A DNA stretch of 42,329 bases from Malacoraja senta (Eukaryota), in contig CM075999.1 in the NCBI GenBank assembly GCA_038087875.1, forward strand, positions 4,652,001 through 4,694,329, read 5' to 3'. Numbering within the stretch: the first letter of the stretch is position 1; every line of letters begins with the position of its first letter. The position numbers were made by a program, and so were the translations under genes. Of the stretch, positions 22,901 to 34,900 are shown piece by piece. Below the pieces are notes generated by a model. It did no database searches and was not told where the DNA came from. It was given only the letters and a program-made list of their open reading frames with translations.

Positions 22901-25900
22901 GGGAAATCTGGGACAAGGAAATGGGAGATGAGTGTACTTCCCTTCACCCCCCAAACACCCTGGTGCACTAATCGACTGACTAACTAATCGACTGACTAAC
23001 TAATCGACTGACTAACTAATCGACTGACTAACTAATCGACTGACTAACTAATCGACTGACTAACTAATCGACTGACTAACTAATCGACTGACTAACTAAC
23101 TCACTAACTAACCAACTAACACTGGTCCTTTCCCTTCCACTGTACACTCATCTCTCAAACAGTAGTCCCATATTCCCTCTTTCCCTTCCACCCATACCTC
23201 TCCTAGTTTCATATTTCCGTTCTCTCCTTATTTGGCATTTTGTCCCTTTCACCTTGAGCCTTTGGCACTCGCTCCATCCATATGCTAATCACGCCTCACA
23301 TGTCCCATCTATTTCCTTGCTGGCTTTGTCCTGCGTGCCTCTGCGTCTTTTCACTCTTTCATCAGTCTGAGGAAGGTTGCTGACCTGAGGTGTCATCTGT
23401 CCATTCCACTTGTAGTCAGGCAGATTGTGCCTGAACTGCTGAATGCCTCCAGCACTTTGTCTTTGGACAGAGCCATGTTCCCTGGTTAAAGTAATTGTAG
23501 TTGGCTCCTGTTACAGGGAAAGTAGAGTTTAATATATTTGACTGAAACTCTGGGGGGGTTGGGTTTACCAGGTATTTTTTAACCACCTGGACACCACTGA
23601 ATGTTTGTTTATATCTAACGCTTAAATGTCCACGTGAAGAGTAAGGCATCGGGCAACAAGGTTGGGAGAACACTTGTGAAATATAATGGGTATTTCATGT
23701 AACTGGGGTGTTGCTGTGCTTATAAATTGTGTCAGTGCTGGAGCAACTCGATGGGTGCAGCAACATCGCTGGAGAACATGGATTGGTAATTCTGGGTTGG
23801 GATTCTTCAGACCTTAATCTCTAGGTAGTCTAAATATATTGGACTACATTAATATTGGTCCAACCTATAGGAATCCGGACTGCAGAGACAATGGTCCTGG
23901 TTGGAGATACGTCTCCAGTCATTGTCCACATGTCTAAGTGTTTTTAGCTTGAGTAGAATCTTCTCGCCCAGGACTGTCCGACCCACTGAGTTACTCCCGC
24001 AATTTGTCTAATTGTAGAGAAGGACGTTGGAACATTTCAAACATTAAAATGTTATGTTAATTTGATTTTTCAGCATCAAGTCTTTCTGGATTTGCTCTTC
24101 ATGGATGTCATAGGAAGATAAGGTACATATTTCTAAACCTCTACAGTTTAATGGGATAAATGTGTTAAATTATTGATGGCTGTTCAAAATTTGTTTCTTC
24201 AACATCGAGGAGCTCGCAGTCTCTGGCAGAGGCCGATGGCAGGAAGCTCCAAAGAATGCAAAAGGTTCGACTAGACCTCGAGTGAGATGGGATTTAACCC
24301 CCCGATGCAGGACCCCCGACACGGACGGCCCGACCGCCGGCTACAGGAGTCAACGGGAGGCCAAAAAGGGAAGAGTTTGAACTTTGTGTTCTGTTGCTTT
24401 TTATTGGTATGAGTATATGGTAAATGAAATTCCTCGTGTTGCAAACACGAGCCACCCCATGCTTGAATCGTGATTAATACACAGTGCTGGAGGAACTTGG
24501 TGGGTTTGACAACCTCTGAAGAAATGGACAGATGACTGATCGGGTTGGGAGCTCTCAGTCTGAAATACGGGGGAAGCTGGAAATGAGGTTGGGGTTGGGC
24601 ACTGCCAGACAAGTGATGGATGGATTACAGGTGAGTGGGTGATGGGCAAATGGATGGAGTAAGTGCCAAAGGCTGAAGGTGAAAGTGATAAAACATGTTG
24701 CATAAGGACAAGAACTGTGAAATGTAAAACCAGTGTGAGGTGGGAGTGGAAGGTAAAAGGGAAATCTGGGACAAGGAAATGGGAGATGAGTGTACTTCCC
24801 TTCACCCCCCAAACACCCTGGTGCACTAATCGACTGACTAACTAATCGACTGACTAACTAATCGACTGACTAACTAATCGACTGACTAACTAATCGACTG
24901 ACTAACTAATCGACTGACTAACTAATCGACTGACTAACTAATCGACTGACTAACTAATCGACTGACTAACTAATCGACTGACTAACTAATCGACTGACTA
25001 ACTAATCGACTGACTAACTAATCGACTGACTAACTAATCGACTGACTAACTAATCGACTGACTAACTAATCGACTGACTAACTAATCGACTGACTAACTA
25101 ATCGACTGACTAACTAATCGACTGACTAACTAATCGACTGACTAACTAATCGACTGACTAACTAATCGACTGACTAACTAATCGACTGACTAACTAATCG
25201 ACTGACTAACTAATCGACTGACTAACTAATCGACTGACTAACTAATCGACTGACTAACTAATCGACTGACTAACTAATCGACTGACTAACTAATCGACTG
25301 ACTAACTAATCGACTGACTAACTAATCGACTGACTAACTAATCGACTGACTAACTAATCGACTGACTAACTAATCGACTGACTAACTAATCGACTGACTA
25401 ACTAACTCACTAACTAACCAACTAACACTGGTCCTTTCCCTTCCACTGTACACTCATCTCTCAAACAGTAGTCCCATATTCCCTCTTTCCCTTCCACCCA
25501 TACCTCTCCTAGTTTCATATTTCCGTTCTCTCCTTATTTGGCATTTTGTCCCTTTCACCTTGAGCCTTTGGCACTCACTCCATCCATATGCTAATCACGC
25601 CTCACATGTCCCATCTATTTCCTTGCTGGCTTTGTCCTGCGTGCCTCTGCGTCTTTTCACTCTTTCATCAGTCTGAGGAAGGTTGCTGACCTGAGGTGTC
25701 ATCTGTCCATTCCACTTGTAGTCAGGCAGATTGTGCCTGAACTGCTGAATGCCTCCAGCACTTTGTCTTTGGACAGAGCCATGTTCCCTGGTTAAAGTAA
25801 TTGTAGTTGGCTCCTGTTACAGGGAAAGTAGAGTTTAATATATTTGACTGAAACTCTGGGGGGGTTGGGTTTACCAGGTATTTTTTAACCACCTGGACAC

Positions 25901-28900
25901 CACTGAATGTTTGTTTATATCTAACGCTTAAATGTCCACGTGAAGAGTAAGGCATCGGGCAACAAGGTTGGGAGAACACTTGTGAAATATAATGGGTATT
26001 TCATGTAACTGGGGTGTTGCTGTGCTTATAAATTGTGTCAGTGCTGGAGCAACTCGATGGGTGCAGCAACATCGCTGGAGAACATGGATTGGTAATTCTG
26101 GGTTGGGATTCTTCAGACCTTAATCTCTAGGTAGTCTAAATATATTCGACTACATTAATATTGGTCCAACCTATAGGAATCCTGACTGCAGAGACAATGG
26201 TCCTGGTCGGAGATACATCTCCAGGCATTGTCCACATGTCTAAGTGTTTTTAGCTTGAGTAGAATCTTCTCACCCAGGACTGTCCGACCCACTGAGTTAC
26301 TCCCGCAATTTGTCTAATTGTAGAGAAGGACGTTGGAACATTTCAAACATTAAAATGTTATGTTAATTTGATTTTTCAGCATCAAGTCTTTCTGGATTTT
26401 GGTCTTCATGGATGCCATAGGAAGATAAGGTACATATTTCTAACCCTCTACAGTTTAATGGGATAAATGTGTTAAATTATTGATGGCTGTTCAAAATTTG
26501 TTTCTTCAACATCGACGAGCTTGCAGTCTCTGGCAGAGGCCGATGGCGGGAAGCTCCAAAGAATGCAAAAGGTTCGACTAGACCTCGAGTGAGATGGGAT
26601 TCAACCCCCCGATGCAGGACCCCCGACACGGACGGCCCGACCGCCGGCTACAGGAGTCAACGGGAGGCCAAAAAGGGAAGAGTTTGAACTTTGTGTTCTG
26701 TTGCTTTTTATTGGTATGAGTATATGGTAAATGAAATTCCTCGTGTTGCAAACACGAGCCACCCCATGCTTGAATCGTGATTAAATACACAGTGCTGGAG
26801 GAACTTGGTGGGTTTGACAACCTCTGAAGAAATGGACAGATGACTGATCGGGTTGGGAGCTCTCAGTCTGAAATACGGGGGAGAGCTGGAAATGAGGTTG
26901 GGGTTGGGCACTGCCAGACAAGTGATGGATGGATTACAGGTGAGTGGGTGATGGGCAAATGGATGGAGTAAGTGCCAAAGGCTGAAGGTGAAAGTGATAA
27001 GGACAAGAACTGGGAAATGTAAAACCAGTGTGAGGTGGGGGTGGAAGGTAAAAGGGAAATCTGGGACCAGGAAATGGGAGATGAGTGTACTTCCCTTCAC
27101 CCCCCAAACACCCTGGTGCACTAATCGACTGACTAACTAATCGACTGACTAATTAACTCGCTAACTAACCAACTAACACTAGTCCTTTCCCTTCCACTGT
27201 ACACTCATCTCTCAAACAGTAGTCCCATATTCCCTCTTTCCCTTCCACCCATACCTCTCCTAGTTTCATATTTCAGATCTCTCCTTATTTGGCATTTTGT
27301 CCCTTTCACCTTGAGCCTTTGGCACTCATTCCATCCATATGCTAATCACGCCTCGCATGTCCCATCTATTTCCTTGCTGGCTTTGTCCTGCATGCCTCTG
27401 CATCTTTTCACTCTCTTTCATCAGTCTGAGGAAGGTTGCTGACCTGAGGTGTCATCTGTCCATTCCACTTGTAGTCAGGCAGATTGTGCCTGAACTGCTG
27501 AATGTCTCCAGCACTTTGTCTTTGGACAGAGCCATGTTCCCTGGTTAAAGTAATTGTAGTTGGCTCCTGTTACAGGGAAAGTAGAGTTTAATATTTTTGA
27601 CAAACTCTGGGGGGGGGGGGGGGGGTTGGGTTTACCAGGTATTTTTTAACCACCTGGACGCCACTGAATGTTTGTTTATATCTAACGTTGAAATGTCCAC
27701 GTGAAGAGTAAGGCATCGGGCAACAAGGTTGGGAGAACACTTGTGAAATATAATGGGTATTTCATGTAACTGGGGTGTTGCTGTGCTTATAAATTGTGTC
27801 AGTGCTGGAGCAACTCGATGGGTGCAGCAACATCGCTGGAGAACATGGATTGGTAATTCTGGGTTGGGATTCTTCAGACCTTAATCTCTAGGTAGTCTAA
27901 ATATATTCGACTACATTAATATTGGTCCAACCTATAGGAATCCTGACTGCAGAGACAATGGTCCTGGTCGGAGATACATCTCCAGGCATTGTCCACATGT
28001 CTAAGTGTTTTTAGCTTGAGTAGAATCTTCTCACCCAGGACTGTCCGACCCACTGAGTTACTCCCGCAATTTGTCTAATTGTAGAGAAGGACGTTGGAAC
28101 ATTTCAAACATTAAAATGTTATGTTAATTTGATTTTTCAGCATCAAGTCTTTCTGGATTTGGTCTTCATGGATGTCATAGGAAGATAAGGTACATATTTC
28201 TAACCCTCTACAGTTTAATGGGATAAAAGTGTTAAATTATTGATGGCTTTTCAAAATTTGTTTCTTCAACATTGAGGAGCTCGCAGTCTCTGGCAGAGGC
28301 CGATGGTGGGAAGCTCCAAAGAATGCAAAAGGTTCGACTAGACCTCGAGTGAGATGGGATTTAACCCCCCGATGCAGGACCCCCGACACGGACGGCCCGA
28401 CCGCCGGCTACAGGAGTCAACGGGAGGCCAAAAAGGGAAGAGTTTGAACTTTGTGTTCTGTTGCTTTTTATTGGTATGAGTATATGGTAAATGAAATTCC
28501 TCGTGTTGCAAACACGAGCCACCCCATGCTTGAATCGTGATTAAATACACAGTGCTGGAGGTACTTGGTGGGTTTGACAACCTCTGAAGAAATGGACAGA
28601 TGACTGATCGGGTTGGGAGCTCTCAGTCTGAAATACGGGGGAGAGCTGGAAATGAGGTTGGGGTTGGGCACTGCCAGACAAGTGATGGATGGATTACAGG
28701 TGAGTGGGTGATGGGCAAATGGATGGAGTAAGTGCCAAAGGCTGAAGGTGAAAGTGATAAAACATGTTGCATAAGGACAAGAACTGTGAAATGTAAAACC
28801 AGTGTGAGGTGGGGGTGGAAGGTAAAAGGGAAATCTGGGACAAGGAAATGGGAGATGAGTGTACTTCCCTTCACCCCCCAAACACCCTGGTGCACTAATC

Positions 28901-31900
28901 GACTGACTAACTAATCGACTGACTAACTAATCGACTGACTAACTAATCGACTGACTAACTAATCGACTGACTAACTAATCGACTGACTAACTAATCGACT
29001 GACTAACTAACTCACTAACTAACCAACTAACACTGGTCCTTTCCCTTCCACTGTACACTCATCTCTCAAACAGTAGTCCCATATTCCCTCTTTCCCTTCC
29101 ACCCATACCTCTCCTAGTTTCATATTTCCGTTCTCTCCTTATTTGGCATTTTGTCCCTTTCACCTTGAGCCTTTGGCACTCACTCCATCCATATGCTAAT
29201 CACGCCTCACATGTCCCATCTATTTCCTTGCTGGCTTTGTCCTGCGTGCCTCTGCGTCTTTTCACTCTTTCATCAGTCTGAGGAAGGTTGCTGACCTGAG
29301 GTGTCATCTGTCCATTCCACTTGTAGTCAGGCAGATTGTGCCTGAACTGCTGAATGCCTCCAGCACTTTGTCTTTGGACAGAGCCATGTTCCCTGGTTAA
29401 AGTAATTGTAGTTGGCTCCTGTTACAGGGAAAGTAGAGTTTAATATATTTGACTGAAACTCTGGGGGGGTTGGGTTTACCAGGTATTTTTTAACCACCTG
29501 GACACCACTGAATGTTTGTTTATATCTAACGCTTAAATGTCCACGTGAAGAGTAAGGCATCGGGCAACAAGGTTGGGAGAACACTTGTGAAATATAATGG
29601 GTATTTCATGTAACTGGGGTGTTGCTGTGCTTATAAATTGTGTCAGTGCTGGAGCAACTCGATGGGTGCAGCAACATCGCTGGAGAACATGGATTGGTAA
29701 TTCTGGGTTGGGATTCTTCAGACCTTAATCTCTAGGTAGTCTAAATATATTTGACTACATTAATATTGGTCCAACCTATAGGAATCCGGACTGCAGAGAC
29801 AATGGTCCTGGTTGGAGATACGTCTCCAGTCATTGTCCACATGTCTAAGTGTTTTTAGCTTGAGTAGAATCTTCTCGCCCAGGACTGTCCGACCCACTGA
29901 GTTACTCCCGCAATTTGTCTAATTGTAGAGAAGGACGTTGGAACATTTCAAACATTAAAATGTTATGTTAATTTGATTTTTCAGCATCAAGTCTTTCTGG
30001 ATTTGCTCTTCATGGATGTCATAGGAAGATAAGGTACATATTTCTAAACCTCTACAGTTTAATGGGATAAATGTGTTAAATTATTGATGGCTGTTCAAAA
30101 TTTGTTTCTTCAACATCGAGGAGCTCGCAGTCTCTGGCAGAGGCCGATGGCAGGAAGCTCCAAAGAATGCAAAAGGTTCGACTAGACCTCGAGTGAGATG
30201 GGATTTAACCCCCCGATGCAGGACCCCCGACACGGACGGCCCGACCGCCGGCTACAGGAGTCAACGGGAGGCCAAAAAGGGAAGAGTTTGAACTTTGTGT
30301 TCTGTTGCTTTTTATTGGTATGAGTATATGGTAAATGAAATTCCTCGTGTTGCAAACACGAGCCACCCCATGCTTGAATCGTGATTAATACACAGTGCTG
30401 GAGGAACTTGGTGGGTTTGACAACCTCTGAAGAAATGGACAGATGACTGATCGGGTTGGGAGCTCTCAGTCTGAAATACGGGGGAAGCTGGAAATGAGGT
30501 TGGGGTTGGGCACTGCCAGACAAGTGATGGATGGATTACAGGTGAGTGGGTGATGGGCAAATGGATGGAGTAAGTGCCAAAGGCTGAAGGTGAAAGTGAT
30601 AAAACATGTTGCATAAGGACAAGAACTGTGAAATGTAAAACCAGTGTGAGGTGGGAGTGGAAGGTAAAAGGGAAATCTGGGACAAGGAAATGGGAGATGA
30701 GTGTACTTCCCTTCACCCCCCAAACACCCTGGTGCACTAATCGACTGACTAACTAATCGACTGACTAACTAATCGACTGACTAACTAATCGACTGACTAA
30801 CTAATCGACTGACTAACTAATCGACTGACTAACTAATCGACTGACTAACTAATCGACTGACTAACTAATCGACTGACTAACTAATCGACTGACTAACTAA
30901 TCGACTGACTAACTAATCGACTGACTAACTAATCGACTGACTAACTAATCGACTGACTAACTAATCGACTGACTAACTAATCGACTGACTAACTAATCGA
31001 CTGACTAACTAATCGACTGACTAACTAATCGACTGACTAACTAATCGACTGACTAACTAATCGACTGACTAACTAATCGACTGACTAACTAATCGACTGA
31101 CTAACTAACTCACTAACTAACCAACTAACACTGGTCCTTTCCCTTCCACTGTACACTCATCTCTCAAACAGTAGTCCCATATTCCCTCTTTCCCTTCCAC
31201 CCATACCTCTCCTAGTTTCATATTTCCGTTCTCTCCTTATTTGGCATTTTGTCCCTTTCACCTTGAGCCTTTGGCACTCACTCCATCCATATGCTAATCA
31301 CGCCTCACATGTCCCATCTATTTCCTTGCTGGCTTTGTCCTGCGTGCCTCTGCGTCTTTTCACTCTTTCATCAGTCTGAGGAAGGTTGCTGACCTGAGGT
31401 GTCATCTGTCCATTCCACTTGTAGTCAGGCAGATTGTGCCTGAACTGCTGAATGCCTCCAGCACTTTGTCTTTGGACAGAGCCATGTTCCCTGGTTAAAG
31501 TAATTGTAGTTGGCTCCTGTTACAGGGAAAGTAGAGTTTAATATATTTGACTGAAACTCTGGGGGGGTTGGGTTTACCAGGTATTTTTTAACCACCTGGA
31601 CACCACTGAATGTTTGTTTATATCTAACGCTTAAATGTCCACGTGAAGAGTAAGGCATCGGGCAACAAGGTTGGGAGAACACTTGTGAAATATAATGGGT
31701 ATTTCATGTAACTGGGGTGTTGCTGTGCTTATAAATTGTGTCAGTGCTGGAGCAACTCGATGGGTGCAGCAACATCGCTGGAGAACATGGATTGGTAATT
31801 CTGGGTTGGGATTCTTCAGACCTTAATCTCTAGGTAGTCTAAATATATTTGACTACATTAATATTGGTCCAACCTATAGGAATCCGGACTGCAGAGACAA

Positions 31901-34900
31901 TGGTCCTGGTTGGAGATACGTCTCCAGTCATTGTCCACATGTCTAAGTGTTTTTAGCTTGAGTAGAATCTTCTCGCCCAGGACTGTCCGACCCACTGAGT
32001 TACTCCCGCAATTTGTCTAATTGTAGAGAAGGACGTTGGAACATTTCAAACATTAAAATGTTATGTTAATTTGATTTTTCAGCATCAAGTCTTTCTGGAT
32101 TTGCTCTTCATGGATGTCATAGGAAGATAAGGTACATATTTCTAAACCTCTACAGTTTAATGGGATAAATGTGTTAAATTATTGATGGCTGTTCAAAATT
32201 TGTTTCTTCAACATCGAGGAGCTCGCAGTCTCTGGCAGAGGCCGATGGCAGGAAGCTCCAAAGAATGCAAAAGGTTCGACTAGACCTCGAGTGAGATGGG
32301 ATTTAACCCCCCGATGCAGGACCCCCGGCACGGACGGCCCGACCGCCGGCTACAGGAGTCAACGGGAGGCCAAAAAGGGAAGAGTTTGAACTTTGTGTTC
32401 TGTTGCTTTTTATTGGTATGAGTATATGGTAAATGAAATTCCTCGTGTTGCAAACACGAGCCACCCCATGCTTGAATCGTGATTAATACACAGTGCTGGA
32501 GGAACTTGGTGGGTTTGACAACCTCTGAAGAAATGGACAGATGACTGATCGGGTTGGGAGCTCTCAGTCTGAAATACGGGGGAAGCTGGAAATGAGGTTG
32601 GGGTTGGGCACTGCCAGACAAGTGATGGATGGATTACAGGTGAGTGGGTGATGGGCAAATGGATGGAGTAAGTGCCAAAGGCTGAAGGTGAAAGTGATAA
32701 AACATGTTGCATAAGGACAAGAACTGTGAAATGTAAAACCAGTGTGAGGTGGGAGTGGAAGGTAAAAGGGAAATCTGGGACAAGGAAATGGGAGATGAGT
32801 GTACTTCCCTTCACCCCCCAAACACCCTGGTGCACTAATCGACTGACTAACTAATCGACTGACTAACTAATCGACTGACTAACTAATCGACTGACTAACT
32901 AATCGACTGACTAACTAATCGACTGACTAACTAATCGACTGACTAACTAATCGACTGACTAACTAATCGACTGACTAACTAATCGACTGACTAACTAATC
33001 GACTGACTAACTAATCGACTGACTAACTAATCGACTGACTAACTAATCGACTGACTAACTAATCGACTGACTAACTAATCGACTGACTAACTAATCGACT
33101 GACTAACTAATCGACTGACTAACTAATCGACTGACTAACTAATCGACTGACTAACTAATCGACTGACTAACTAATCGACTGACTAACTAATCGACTGACT
33201 AACTCACTAACTAACCAACTAACACTGGTCCTTTCCCTTCCACTGTACACTCATCTCTCAAACAGTAGTCCCATATTCCCTCTTTCCCTTCCACCCATAC
33301 TTCTCCTAGTTTCATATTTCCGTTCTCTCCTTATTTGGCATTTTGTCCCTTTCACCTTGAGCCTTTGGCACTCACTCCATCCATATGCTAATCACGCCTC
33401 GCATGTCCCATCTATTTCCTTGCTGGCTTTGTCCTGCGTGCCTCTGCGTCTTTTCACTCTCTTTCATCAGTCTGAGGAAGGTTGCTGACCTGAGGTGTCA
33501 TCTGTCCATTCCACTTGTAGTCGGGCAGATTGTGCCTGAACTGCTGAATGCCTCCAGCACTTTGTCTTTGGACAGAGCCATGTTCCCTGGTGAAAGTAAT
33601 TGTAGTTGGCTCCTGTTACAGGGAAAGTAGAGTGTAATATTTTTGACAAACTCTGGGGGGGGGGGGGGGTTGGGTTTACCAGGTATTTTTTTAACCACCT
33701 GGACGCCACTGAATGTTTGTTTATATCTAACGTTTAAATGTCCACGTGAAGAGTAAGGCATCGAGCAACAAGGTTGGGAGAACACTTGTGAAATATAATG
33801 GGTATTTCATGTAACTGGGGTGTTGCTGTGCTTATAAATTGTGTCAGTGCTGGAGCAACTCGATGGGTGCAGCAACATCGCTGGAGAACATGGATTGGTA
33901 ATTCTGGGTTGGGATTCTTCAGACCTTAATCTCTAGGTAGTCTAAATATATTCGACTACATTAATATTGGTCCAACCTATAGGAATCCTGACTGCAGAGA
34001 CAATGGTCCTGGTCGGAGATACATTTCCAGGCATTGTCCACATGTCTAAGTGTTTTTAGCTTGAGTAGAATCTTCTCACCCAGGACTGTCCGACCCACTG
34101 AGTTACTCCCGCAATTTGTTTAATTGTAGAGAAGGACGTTGGAACATTTCAAACATTAAAATGTTATGTTAATTTGATTTTTCAGCATCAAGTCTTTCTG
34201 GATTTGGTCTTCATGGATGTCATAGGAAGATAAGGTACATATTTCTAACCCTCTACAGTTTAATGGGATAAATGTGTTAAATTATTGATGGCTTTTCAAA
34301 ATTTGTTTCTTCAACATTGAGGAGCTCGCAGTCTCTGGCAGAGGCCGATGGCGGGAAGCTCCAAAGAATGCAAAAGGTTCGACTAGACCTCGAGTGAGAT
34401 GGGATTTAACCCCCCGATGCAGGACCCCCGACACGGACGGCCCGACCGCCGGCTACAGGAGTCAACGGGAGGCCAAAAAGGGAAGAGTTTGAACTTTGTG
34501 TTCTGTTGCTTTTTATTGGTATGAGTATATGGTAAATGAAATTCCTCGTGTTGCAAACACGAGCCACCCCATGCTTGAATCGTGATTAATACACAGTGCT
34601 GGAGGAACTTGGTGGGTTTGACAACCTCTGAAGAAATGGACAGATGACTGATCGGGTTGGGAGCTCTCAGTCTGAAATACGGGGGAAGCTGGAAATGAGG
34701 TTGGGGTTGGGCACTGCCAGACAAGTGATGGATGGATTACAGGTGAGTGGGTGATGGGCAAATGGATGGAGTAAGTGCCAAAGGCTGAAGGTGAAAGTGA
34801 TAAAACATGTTGCATAAGGACAAGAACTGTGAAATGTAAAACCAGTGTGAGGTGGGAGTGGAAGGTAAAAGGGAAATCTGGGACAAGGAAATGGGAGATG

